A stretch of DNA of 32,000 bases from Ancylomarina euxinus (GCF_003863355.1 NZ_QQWG01000011.1:68879-100878), one strand, 5' to 3'. Numbered from the stretch's first letter, positions 8,280 to 17,397 are shown. Notes: a model not told the origin generated them from the letters alone. Made by a program: numbers and translations.

Positions 8280-9605
8280 TTATTTTGTGTTTCTAATGGT
8301 ATTCAAAAAATTCTCAACTTCGCTATAACTCACCGTTGATTTTGCAAATCGAGATTTAGCCATCAGCTTTTCAGCTTTATTTGCATTAAAGGCATTCAAT
8401 AAATTCGACAAATGCATTTTCATGTGCCCATGTTGAATACCCGTTGTGACCAAAGAGCGGATGGCTCCAAAATTATTAGCTAAACCAGAGGCAGCTGTCA
8501 TCATCATCAGATCTTTTGCTGAAGGATCACCTAATAATTCTAAACCTAATTTTGCCAGAGGATGAAGTTTAGTTAAACCACCAACGGTCCCTAAAGCAAG
8601 AGGCAATTTTAGTTCATATCTAAATCGACCATCGCTCACTTCAGCCTTGGTCAAACTCTTATATTTTCCAGTTTGCGATGCCCAAACATGCGCATTCGCT
8701 TCAACTGCTCTAAAGTCATTTCCTGTTGCCAGTGCCACCGCATCAACTCCATTCATAATACCCTTATTATGAGTACATGCACGGTAAACATCAAGCTCAG
8801 CAATTTGAGTTGCCTTTAAAAATTTGTTGGCGAAAACCTCACCAGTCATGCCATCGAAAACATCATCGAGATCCTTAATATCACACTCAATCCAACATTT
8901 CACAAGGCAATCAGGCGTGTAGTTCGATAAAATAGACATTACAATCTCACACTCATGCTCCTCATCTGTCCAATCGACTTGGCTCCGAATGAACGTTTCA
9001 AGTGTGCTAGCCATCATCTCCAAACAAGAATTGATAAAATTGGCTCCCATTGCATCGAGCGTATTAAAACTCACATGCAATTGATGGTAATTCTCCATTT
9101 CATGACTCATATCAATTAGAGACAGGTCGAGAATTCCACCTCCACGTCGTCTCATATTGGTTGTTAAGCCATGTGTTGCGCACATCAGCTCCTTCTTCAG
9201 TTCAGGGAAAGCTAGCTTTAAACGATCGCTTTTGCCATTCCAAAGGAAATGAACTTGTCCTGTTTTTTCAACGGAGACAATTTCTGCGTGAAAGCCACCT
9301 TTATCTGCCCAAAACTTAGCCGAACGAGAAGCTGCTGCAATCACAGAACTCTCCTCAGTAACCATGGGTAGGTGATAAACCTTATTATTTATCACAAAAT
9401 TAGGTGCAATCCCAAAGGGAAGGAAAAAATTAGATAAGGTGTTCTCACTGATTTCATCCAATAAGCTCTGCTGTTCAAGATCATTCAATCTGAAATAATC
9501 TAAATCAGCCTCAATCTGCTCACCTTTTCCACTAATCTCTCCCAAGTATTTCAACTTCTCTATTCGCGAAAGTTTCGAAAAACCCTTTATTATCTTATTC
9601 TCCAT
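8280..9605 (-). CDS. mvaA: Hydroxymethylglutaryl-CoA reductase, class II
   Basis: 441 aa. Class II-like block PMVTEESSVIAAASRSAKFW, plus DAMGANFIN and a C-terminal GIQHGHMKMH region. No N-terminal membrane domain. Confidence 0.85.
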   Translation of the reverse strand: MENKIIKGFSKLSRIEKLKYLGEISGKGEQIEADLDYFRLNDLEQQSLLDEISENTLSNFFLPFGIAPNFVINNKVYHLPMVTEESSVIAAASRSAKFWADKGGFHAEIVSVEKTGQVHFLWNGKSDRLKLAFPELKKELMCATHGLTTNMRRRGGGILDLSLIDMSHEMENYHQLHVSFNTLDAMGANFINSCLEMMASTLETFIRSQVDWTDEEHECEIVMSILSNYTPDCLVKCWIECDIKDLDDVFDGMTGEVFANKFLKATQIAELDVYRACTHNKGIMNGVDAVALATGNDFRAVEANAHVWASQTGKYKSLTKAEVSDGRFRYELKLPLALGTVGGLTKLHPLAKLGLELLGDPSAKDLMMMTAASGLANNFGAIRSLVTTGIQHGHMKMHLSNLLNAFNANKAEKLMAKSRFAKSTVSYSEVENFLNTIRNTK

Positions 9606-9650
9606 AAGGATATAACTTTTACTACACTTAAATAAATCATCTGATATCAG

Positions 9651-10643
9651 TTAGCGAAGATCCAGATAGGCTTCTGCCAACTGCAGTCCTTTTATCTGGC
9701 TCTTGATATAAGATTCAAGTTCGTTATACTCAGCCTGAGCATGTCTTAATAAAGCTGAAGCCTGACCATAAATAGCTGGCATCTTGCTTTTTTTCATCAG
9801 GTAATAACCATCCAAACAAGACGTCACTCCTCCTGAGATGATCAATTCTTTACACTGAATTGTTTTATTATTTTTATAGATAGCATTTGTCCACTCGAGC
9901 ATCTCTTCGGCATTATGGCCTATTTCACTCAAAGCTTCCAAAACCTGACCTGCCTTTTCAGGATGGCGCATCAGCTCAATCTTTGCAAAATTTGTTCCTC
10001 CAAAGGCTCCAAATTCTAAAGCCTGCAAGGGTAATTGCATAAGAGCTTCCAAACTTTTGGGTCCCATACCTTGCCCTACCTCTTTCACTATAATGGGAGC
10101 CTTTATTTGCTCCATCATCTCATTCAAAGTTTCAATTGGGGATCGTTTCATAAGATCGCCCTCAGGCTGCAAGCTCTCTTGCATCGGATTAATATGAACA
10201 ATTAAGCCATCGGCACGCAAATCGTGAAGCATAGCCTCAACCTTATCGAGAGCCTTATCTTTAATTAATGTCTCAATCTGACAGATACCTAGATTAGCAT
10301 ACAAAGGCAAATCATCACCAATAACAGAACGCATATCGAAATCAGCAAAATGAGCCTTACTATCCAGTATTGATCGACATGAGCCCAAACCCATTCCCAT
10401 TCCAAACTGAGCACAAGCACGAGCCAAGTTCAAATTGATCTTAGCTGCTTTTTCTGTTCCGCCTGTCATACTCGAAACCCATATTGGGGTACGTAGCTGC
10501 TTACCTAAAAACTCAAAAGCTTGAAGTTCCTTATCAGGATGGGCACTTAAAAGAGGTTCGTAATAAAACCGCTTATCAGCCAATGCATTTTCCATATGCG
10601 AACGGAAAGCCAAATCAATATGGTCTCTTTTTCGGTCAGTCAT
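9651..10643 (-). CDS. fni: Type 2 isopentenyl-diphosphate delta-isomerase (FMN-dependent)
   Basis: Characteristic N-terminus RKRDHIDLA, plus SSMTGGT and a glycine-rich TIM-barrel pattern. 330 aa, within the mevalonate operon. Confidence 0.85.
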   Translation of the reverse strand: MTDRKRDHIDLAFRSHMENALADKRFYYEPLLSAHPDKELQAFEFLGKQLRTPIWVSSMTGGTEKAAKINLNLARACAQFGMGMGLGSCRSILDSKAHFADFDMRSVIGDDLPLYANLGICQIETLIKDKALDKVEAMLHDLRADGLIVHINPMQESLQPEGDLMKRSPIETLNEMMEQIKAPIIVKEVGQGMGPKSLEALMQLPLQALEFGAFGGTNFAKIELMRHPEKAGQVLEALSEIGHNAEEMLEWTNAIYKNNKTIQCKELIISGGVTSCLDGYYLMKKSKMPAIYGQASALLRHAQAEYNELESYIKSQIKGLQLAEAYLDLR

Positions 10644-10725
10644 CGTTTATATTCTGTTGTCAGTTATTTGTTATCGGTTTGAAAGTTTTCACTTTAACAC
10701 TTCGGCTACGCTCAGTGCGACGCCT

Positions 10726-11904
10726 TTATCCTTTAGTTTCCCTTACCCTTGTTCCCTTATCACTTGTAATATGTCTTGAAATCACCAGCCTTAAAATCTC
10801 AGAGGTCCCTTCACCAATTTCCAAAATACGTTGATCTCTATAAAACCGCTCCACATCCGAAGACTTTAAAAGACCATGTGCTCCATGAATCTGAACGGCT
10901 TCATTAGCGACTTCTCTGGCAATCTCAGAGCAATAGAGTTTTGCCATTGCAGATTGTTTTCCAAATTCATAGCCATTATCCTTCAACCAACAAGCTTGAT
11001 ACAACAAAGCTCTTGCAGCTTCAATTTTTGTAGCCATATCAGCAAGCTTAAAAGCAATCGCTTGAAATTTTACTATAGGCTTCCCAAACTGCTCGCGCTG
11101 CTGAGCGTATTTTAACGATTCCTCATAAGCTCCCTGAGCCAAACCCAACGCCATTGCTGCGATGGTTAACCTCCCCGAATCGAGGGTTTTCAGCATGATT
11201 TTAGCTCCCTGTCCAAGCTCACCCAATAAATTAGCTTCAGGTACCTGGCAGTTCTCAAACGTCAAATTTGCTGTATCGGATGCTCTCCACATCATCTTCC
11301 CTTTCATAGGATCAGCATTAAATCCAGGAGTACTTCGATCAACTAAGATAACAGATAATTCCTTTTTACCATCTTCCTCAGCCGTGATTACCTGAAGCGT
11401 AACCCCTATTGAAGATTCTGAAGAACCGTTAGAAATGAATTTCTTTGCCCCATTAATTAACCAATTATCATTAAATAGCTCAGCCTTTGTTTGCGTACCT
11501 CTGGAGTCCGATCCTGCATTTTCTTCGGTTAAACCAAATGCCCAAACATTTTTACCAGTGCACAATTGAGGCAGGTATTTCTGCTTTTGCTCTTCTGTCC
11601 CGAAATAATAAATAGGCCCAATTCCTAACGAATTATGAGCCGCTAATGTTGAAGCCTGTGAAGCATCTACACGAGCCATTTCTTCAACCGCTATTAAGAG
11701 AGACAAATAATCCTTGCCTTGTCCACCATATTCCTTTGGAAGATATATTCCAAAAAGTCCCAATTCCCCCATTCTTTCGGTTAAATGTGAACTAAATTCT
11801 TCTTTCTCATCCAGATCTGATGCCAATGCTTTTACTTCATTCTCGGCAAATTCTCGAACCTTTAATTTAAGTTCTTCGTGTTCTTTGTTTGTATAGGGAT
11901 TCAT
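10726..11904 (-). CDS. Acyl-CoA dehydrogenase (short/medium-chain-like)
   Basis: 392 aa with FGLTEENAGSD, FISNG and a C-terminal EIGEGTSEILRLVISRH motif. It is the first gene of the minus-strand operon. Confidence 0.85.
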   Translation of the reverse strand: MNPYTNKEHEELKLKVREFAENEVKALASDLDEKEEFSSHLTERMGELGLFGIYLPKEYGGQGKDYLSLLIAVEEMARVDASQASTLAAHNSLGIGPIYYFGTEEQKQKYLPQLCTGKNVWAFGLTEENAGSDSRGTQTKAELFNDNWLINGAKKFISNGSSESSIGVTLQVITAEEDGKKELSVILVDRSTPGFNADPMKGKMMWRASDTANLTFENCQVPEANLLGELGQGAKIMLKTLDSGRLTIAAMALGLAQGAYEESLKYAQQREQFGKPIVKFQAIAFKLADMATKIEAARALLYQACWLKDNGYEFGKQSAMAKLYCSEIAREVANEAVQIHGAHGLLKSSDVERFYRDQRILEIGEGTSEILRLVISRHITSDKGTRVRETKG

Positions 11905-11957
11905 ATCTTGTTTTGCTCTTTTGATTCTAATATCAGACTCGAAAGTCTTTTAATTAG

Positions 11958-11965
11958 CAAACCTA
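11958..11965 (-). promoter_or_regulatory. Candidate -7 promoter box (TAGGTTTG on the minus strand) for the mevalonate operon
   Basis: The plus strand reads CAAACCTA, so the minus strand matches TAnnTTTG. The box is 54 nt upstream of the ATG at 11904. No clean -33 TTTG was seen. Confidence 0.3.
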
Positions 11966-12331
11966 AATAAAATCCTTTATCTCTAAAAATTATTTAGAAT
12001 TAATTTTGATAAAAATAAGCTCATTTTAGGGAGTCACAAAATTTTAAATATTTGACTTTAATCGATATCAGGATTCCATTAAATAAGGTCGACCAATATT
12101 TCCACAAGTCAGTTCTACTGAACATCATTAATAAACAACTCTAATTCAACAAAGAAAAACTGAAAAACAAAAAAAATAAAAACACTTCCCTATGTTATAA
12201 CAAACCCTTTCGATCCACCACAACAACCTATACTGCAAGAGAATAAGCTCTATCATAAAAACTTGGCAGATTTGACAGTAGTTTATTAAAACTGTTTAAT
12301 CTAAATTTACATATAATTAAAGATACACACT

Positions 12332-12766
12332 ATGGGATTTGAGATTTGGCATATTTGGCTACTGGTGGCAGTATTTCTTTTTATGATTGAAATATTCATG
12401 ACCAGCTTTATTGCAGTCATTATTGGAGTAGGAGCTTTAGTAACTGGCGTAGGAGCCTATATTGGCCTAAGTGTCACTCAGCAACTTTTCCTATTTGCCG
12501 GATTTACTTTCCTAAGTCTATTCATCATTCGTCCTTTAGCAAAAAGGTATATTTTTAAAGCAAAAGACTTTGTCTCTAAAAATGCTAATGCCTTATTGGG
12601 GCAAAAAGCAACTGTCGTTGAAATTATAGATCCCAATAAACTACAGGGACGTGTAGAAGTTGACGGTGACTACTGGAAAGCAGTCTCTTTTGATGGGAAA
12701 GCAATTTCTAAAGGTCAAATTGTTACCATAGTGAGTTACGATAGTATTGTTTTAACTGTAAAATAA
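12332..12766 (+). CDS. NfeD-family membrane protein (short form)
   Basis: 144 aa. Three N-terminal hydrophobic helices, then a C-terminal OB-fold-like segment GRVEVDGDYWKAVSFDGKAISKGQIVTIV typical of NfeD. Confidence 0.75.
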   Translation: MGFEIWHIWLLVAVFLFMIEIFMTSFIAVIIGVGALVTGVGAYIGLSVTQQLFLFAGFTFLSLFIIRPLAKRYIFKAKDFVSKNANALLGQKATVVEIIDPNKLQGRVEVDGDYWKAVSFDGKAISKGQIVTIVSYDSIVLTVK

Positions 12767-12790
12767 CCCTAACCCCTCATATATTGAATC

Positions 12791-12824
12791 AAAGGTCGGA
12801 CATTTTGTTCGACCTTTAATTTTA
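12791..12824 (+). terminator. Intrinsic terminator after nfeD
   Basis: AAAGGTCG / CGACCTTT 8-bp stem with an 11-nt loop, followed by AATTTT. Confidence 0.55.
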
Positions 12825-12965
12825 GCCTTCCTTTTCGAGATGCTGAATCTTCATATCGATATTCAACACAAAAAAAACATATATGAACAAAGTCTATTTT
12901 TTTTACCTTTGGTATCTATTTGAAAAATGTCAAGAGCACAGGCTTTACAATTCAAAATAAAACAC

Positions 12966-14090
12966 ATGCAGTTTAAAGATATTATTGGACAAGAGGCCAC
13001 AAAGTCGCGTTTTATTCAAACGGTTAACGATAATAGAGTCAGTCATGCTCAACTTATTGTTGGTGAAAAAGGTGTAGGTAAATTAGCAATGGCTATTGCT
13101 TTTGCCCAATACGTTTCATGTCAAAACAAACAGGCCAATGACTCTTGTGGCCAATGTGCATCTTGCAAGAAATATCAAAAACTCGTTCATCCCGATTTAC
13201 ATTTTGTTTTCCCTGTTGTAAAAAGTAAAGGTGCTAGCAATCCTGTTAGTGACACTTATATTGGGAATTGGAGAAAACAGGTACTTAGTAATCCTTATTT
13301 CGACCTTAATGACTGGTATGCAAGCCTAGGTGTAGAGAATGCTCAAGGCATGATTTACTCAAATGAAAGTAGTGAGATTATTAAAAAATTGAATCTTAAA
13401 ACCTATGAATCAGATTATAAAATCATGATTATATGGTTGCCAGAGAAAATGCATGCTGCTTGTGCCAATAAACTACTTAAACTAATTGAAGAACCTCCCA
13501 CTAAAACCATTTTCTTTCTCGTTTCAGAAGAACCAAATCGAATTCTTCAAACCATTCGTTCAAGAGCTCAAATGATGAAAATCCCAAGGATTGAGAAGGA
13601 TGCTTTAAGCCGTGCTCTAAAATCAGAATACAACCTATCAGACACGGAATTGAATAACCTTGTCCGTTTATCAGAAGGAAGCTATCGTAAGGCACGCATT
13701 CTAATCAAAAACTCCGATGAGAACGCCTTTAACTTCGATCGTTTTGTAAGTATCATGCGTATTTGTTATGCCCGAAATGTGTTAGAACTAATGACTTGGG
13801 CTGAAGAAATCAGTACGATCGGTCGTGAAAGACAGAAAAGTTTTCTTCAATATTGTTTAAAGATGATTCGCGAAAACTTTATTCTAAACCTTAAGCAAGA
13901 GGAAATGGTTTTCCTAAATGGAGAGGAAATGAATTTTTCTCAACGTTTTTCTCCCTTTATCAACGAAGATAATGTTTGGCCAATTGCAGATGAATTAACC
14001 AAAGCCTATAACGACATTGAACGAAATGGTAATGCAAAAATCATTTTCCTGGACTTAAGTTTACGCTGGGTTAAACTGTTGCGACCATAA
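12966..14090 (+). CDS. holB: DNA polymerase III delta-prime subunit
   Basis: AAA+ clamp-loader pattern: IIGQE, HAQLIVGEKGVGK, Zn module CGQCASCKK, LKLIEEPP, SRAQ. I prefer the start at M14 (MQFKDIIGQ, ATG 12966). The tracked ORF begins at 12927. Confidence 0.8.
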   Translation: MQFKDIIGQEATKSRFIQTVNDNRVSHAQLIVGEKGVGKLAMAIAFAQYVSCQNKQANDSCGQCASCKKYQKLVHPDLHFVFPVVKSKGASNPVSDTYIGNWRKQVLSNPYFDLNDWYASLGVENAQGMIYSNESSEIIKKLNLKTYESDYKIMIIWLPEKMHAACANKLLKLIEEPPTKTIFFLVSEEPNRILQTIRSRAQMMKIPRIEKDALSRALKSEYNLSDTELNNLVRLSEGSYRKARILIKNSDENAFNFDRFVSIMRICYARNVLELMTWAEEISTIGRERQKSFLQYCLKMIRENFILNLKQEEMVFLNGEEMNFSQRFSPFINEDNVWPIADELTKAYNDIERNGNAKIIFLDLSLRWVKLLRP

Positions 14091-14301
14091 TACTCAACGA
14101 ATACTAAGAAGACGATCTGATAAGACAGAAAGTAAATCTATTATCCCCTATGTTCTTTCGTTCAGATAATCATCACAATAAGAAGTTCTTTTCTCAGATA
14201 TTTTTCCTGCACTCTACAGTCCTTTAAAAAATTAATTAACTTTAGGGGTTGTTTTTGGTATAAACTCTCAGTAAATCTGACAGATGTACCATTTTATTAG
14301 C

Positions 14302-14309
14302 TAATTTTG
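14302..14309 (+). promoter_or_regulatory. Candidate -7 promoter box TAATTTTG upstream of the PSP1 gene
   Basis: Exact TAnnTTTG match about 120 nt before the ATG at 14430. No good -33 element. Confidence 0.25.
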
Positions 14310-14429
14310 CAGACACGATTGTAGAATTTTCAGTTCGGCATTTGTACGAACTCAATACAAAGATGACGCAAGCCATTTGAGTACAAAACACCGTACTTTA
14401 ATGAGTTTCTGCACTCAATATATATACAT

Positions 14430-15581
14430 ATGATAGAAGAAAAGGAACCAAAAGGCAAATGTGGCGGTTGCTCTAAAGGTAAATCAGACCACCGACTTTT
14501 GGACGGTAAACTTGATGTTTACGACTGGTTAGGTGATGTTCCTGAAAGTGCTTTATGTCCCGATATTATAGAAGTTAAATTTAAGAATACACGTAAAGGT
14601 TTTTATTCAAACAACAATAAAATAAGACTAAAGCGTGGCGATATAATTGCTGTTGAAGCATCTCCCGGACATGATATTGGTATTGTTTCACTAACAGGTG
14701 ATTTAGTGGTTGAGCAAATGAAAAGACAGAAGCTCGATCCTAAAACCTACGAAGCCAAAAAAGTTTACCGTATAGCCAAACCTGTAGATATAGAAAAATG
14801 GCATGAAGCCATTGCTCTTGAGCACAAAACCATGATTAAGGCTCGCCAAATTTCAGCCGAATTAAGGCTGAATATGAAAATTGGTGATGTGGAATATCAA
14901 GGCGATAAAACCAAGGGAATTTTCTATTATATCGCAGATGAGAGAGTTGATTTCCGTGAATTAATTAAAGTTTTAGCCGAAGAATTTAGAATTCGAATTG
15001 AAATGCGCCAGATTGGTGCTCGTCAAGAGGCAGGACGAATTGGAGGAATCGGTCCTTGTGGTAGAGAGCTATGCTGCTCAACCTGGATTACCAATTTTGT
15101 ATCGGTAACAACCAATGCAGCTCGTTATCAAGAAATATCTTTAAACCCTCAAAAGCTTGCTGGCCAATGTGGAAAACTAAAGTGTTGCTTGAATTACGAA
15201 ATGGATGTTTACATTGATGCTCGTAGAGATTTCCCAGCAACTAATGTTCCTTTGGAATGTAAGGATGGGACTGCTTACCATCAGAAAACCGATATTTTCA
15301 AACGTATAATGTGGTACAGCTTCGATAAGAACTATGCCGTAAATATGGTTCAGATTCCTATTGATAGAGTCAAAGAAATTATCCTCTTAAACAAAAAGGG
15401 AACCAAGGTAAACGAGCTTGTTCTTAAGAAAGAAGAAATTACTCGTAAAGCTCTCGATTATGAAAATGTAGTGGGACAAGACAGCCTGAATCGTTTTGAT
15501 AAGGTTGAAGAAGCTAAAAAGCCACGTCCTAAACGCAAATTCCGTCGTAAACCACGTAAAATAAATAAATCAAGCGAATAG
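14430..15581 (+). CDS. PSP1-domain protein (RicT/YaaT-like)
   Basis: 383 aa with a conserved PSP1 core (YYIADERVDFRELIKVLAEEFRIRIEMRQIGARQEA, GPCGRELCCSTW, CGKLKCCLNYE). It follows holB, as is usual in many bacteria. Confidence 0.85.
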   Translation: MIEEKEPKGKCGGCSKGKSDHRLLDGKLDVYDWLGDVPESALCPDIIEVKFKNTRKGFYSNNNKIRLKRGDIIAVEASPGHDIGIVSLTGDLVVEQMKRQKLDPKTYEAKKVYRIAKPVDIEKWHEAIALEHKTMIKARQISAELRLNMKIGDVEYQGDKTKGIFYYIADERVDFRELIKVLAEEFRIRIEMRQIGARQEAGRIGGIGPCGRELCCSTWITNFVSVTTNAARYQEISLNPQKLAGQCGKLKCCLNYEMDVYIDARRDFPATNVPLECKDGTAYHQKTDIFKRIMWYSFDKNYAVNMVQIPIDRVKEIILLNKKGTKVNELVLKKEEITRKALDYENVVGQDSLNRFDKVEEAKKPRPKRKFRRKPRKINKSSE

Positions 15582-15691
15582 CTATTCGTCCTCAATTATA
15601 AAAACTAAAGTATTGAGAACTGAGATTAAACAAATCTCAACTCGATACTTTATTTGATTAAGAGAATTTAAGACTAGATATTTTAGAATCG

Positions 15692-16171
15692 ATGAAGTTG
15701 AAATCCAAATACCTTTTAATTATTAGTTTAGCACTAATCCTTATCACAAGTGCTTGTCAGGACAATCGTGTTTATGAAAGCTATGTCGACATTCCTAATC
15801 ACGAATGGAATAAGGACTATACTGCTCGTTTCGAGGTAGAAATAACTGACTCTATTCAGCTACACAACATTTATGTGAACATTCGAAACACTGGCAAATA
15901 TCCCTATAGTAATCTGTGGCTTTTCATCAAGCAAATAGATCCTGAAGGTAAGATGACTGAAGAGAAATATGAATGTCAGCTAGCAAGTGATACAGGGGAA
16001 TGGTATGGAAGTGGTTTTGGAAATATATTCGACTTACAAATGCTTTATAAACCAGCAATTTTATTCACAAAACCCGGACTTTATACTTTCGAAATGGTTC
16101 AAGGTATGAGAGATGATAAGTTACTTGGTGTTGTGAATATCGGTCTAAAGCTTGACAAAACAAATCAATAA
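15692..16171 (+). CDS. gldH: Gliding-motility lipoprotein GldH
   Basis: 159-aa lipoprotein (lipobox ITSAC). The YPYSNLWLF and GSGFG motifs, the size, and the holB-PSP1-gldH gene order match my memory of Flavobacterium GldH. Confidence 0.65.
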   Translation: MKLKSKYLLIISLALILITSACQDNRVYESYVDIPNHEWNKDYTARFEVEITDSIQLHNIYVNIRNTGKYPYSNLWLFIKQIDPEGKMTEEKYECQLASDTGEWYGSGFGNIFDLQMLYKPAILFTKPGLYTFEMVQGMRDDKLLGVVNIGLKLDKTNQ

Positions 16172-16204
16172 AAACTCAAAATAGTAGATGAGTCATGCGA
16201 TAAC

Positions 16205-17020
16205 ATGACGACAATTAATCTACTCAGATATAGCTTAAAAGTGGGAAAGAATAAATTAAGGCGTTTTGCAGAGATGGAAACTTTTGAGAATGTTTTCCAG
16301 CCCTCGCATGAAGATGTTTGGGATAAAGAATTCAGACTTAAAGGGAAATGGAACAAGGAATATTTCAAAAATGACAATCCTATTGTTCTTGAAGTTGGTT
16401 GTGGTAAAGGTGAATACACCGTAGGTTTAGCTCAGCGTTTTCCTGAGAAAAATTTTATAGGTATTGATATAAAAGGTGCCAGATTATGGCAAGGTGCAAC
16501 AATAGCCAATGAAGAGGGCTTAAAGAATGTTGCATTTGTTCGCACCAAAGTTGAGCTATTACGCTCTGTTTTTGCCACTGGCGAAATTTCTGAGGTTTGG
16601 ATCACTTTTGCTGATCCACAAATGAAAAAAGTGACCAAACGATTAACTGGCACTCGCTTTATGAAACTCTATAGCGATTTAATGATCTCTAATGGCATGA
16701 TTCACCTTAAATCTGACAGCCAGTTCTTATACGAGTACACGCGTTATATGATTAAGGAAAATAATCTGAAAGTATTAACCGATACCGATGATTTATACAA
16801 TTCAGAACACGCAAATGACATTTTGGGAATTAAAACCTATTATGAGGCGCAATTCTTAAGCAAAGGTATTCCTATCAAGTATCTTCAATTTTTATTGGAA
16901 GGAAAAGCTGAATTTGTTGAACCTGACGTTGAAATCGAATTGGATGAGTATCGCAGCTTTGGTCGTGATAGACGCAAGCAGCCTACTGAAGAAAAACACA
17001 AAATTCAGAAGAAAGATTAA
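16205..17020 (+). CDS. trmB: tRNA (guanine-N7)-methyltransferase
   Basis: GKNKLRRFAE N-terminus and SAM motif LEVGCGKGEY, plus ITFADPQ. The start codon is uncertain: ATG at 16205, or a downstream GTG before GKNKL. Confidence 0.85.
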   Translation: MTTINLLRYSLKVGKNKLRRFAEMETFENVFQPSHEDVWDKEFRLKGKWNKEYFKNDNPIVLEVGCGKGEYTVGLAQRFPEKNFIGIDIKGARLWQGATIANEEGLKNVAFVRTKVELLRSVFATGEISEVWITFADPQMKKVTKRLTGTRFMKLYSDLMISNGMIHLKSDSQFLYEYTRYMIKENNLKVLTDTDDLYNSEHANDILGIKTYYEAQFLSKGIPIKYLQFLLEGKAEFVEPDVEIELDEYRSFGRDRRKQPTEEKHKIQKKD

Positions 17021-17042
17021 TTCTCTCTACTAAAAAAAGAGC

Positions 17043-17381
17043 ATGTCTGATATTTATTCTCGCATATTCAAAGTTGTACAGGAAATACCTGCAGGTCGCG
17101 TGTGTAATTATGGTACCATTGCGAGATATATTGGTTCCCCCAGAGGTTCTCGACTAGTAGGTTGGGCAATGAATAATTCTCATTCAAGTAAGGAATACAT
17201 CCCTGCACATCGTGTTGTAAATCGCATTGGGATGCTATCGGGTAAACACCATTTTCCTGGTGAAAATTTAATGCAACAACTACTCGAAAACGAGGGCATT
17301 GTGGTGATAGACGATCAGATTCAAGATTTTGAAAAGCATTTTTGGGATCCGATGAAGGAACTCCCAGAAGATTTTATTTAA
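17043..17381 (+). CDS. MGMT-family DNA-binding protein lacking the acceptor cysteine (alkyltransferase-like, ATL)
   Basis: 112 aa with an MGMT C-terminal domain pattern (IPAGRV.NYG.IA, then PAHRVV). The canonical PCHRV reads PAHRV here; the Ala codon is GCA at 17205..17207. Confidence 0.75.
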   Translation: MSDIYSRIFKVVQEIPAGRVCNYGTIARYIGSPRGSRLVGWAMNNSHSSKEYIPAHRVVNRIGMLSGKHHFPGENLMQQLLENEGIVVIDDQIQDFEKHFWDPMKELPEDFI

Positions 17382-17397
17382 AATCAATCTAAATGCT

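Noticed and set aside
12150-12183. A-rich low-complexity tract (AAAGAAAAACTGAAAAACAAAAAAAATAAAAA) in the acd-nfeD divergent spacer
   Set aside because: It is a simple homopolymer-like sequence typical of AT-rich intergenic DNA. It shows no repeat periodicity, hairpin or partner copy.
12927-12965. N-terminal extensions of tracked ORFs taken at face value (holB 12927, K+ channel 4033, YraN 22408 GTG, MmcQ 22802 TTG, FecR 25426, SusC 26682)
   Set aside because: The extra residues are not family-like. They use non-ATG starts or overlap hairpins or terminators. An internal ATG that restores the canonical family N-terminus was preferred in each case.
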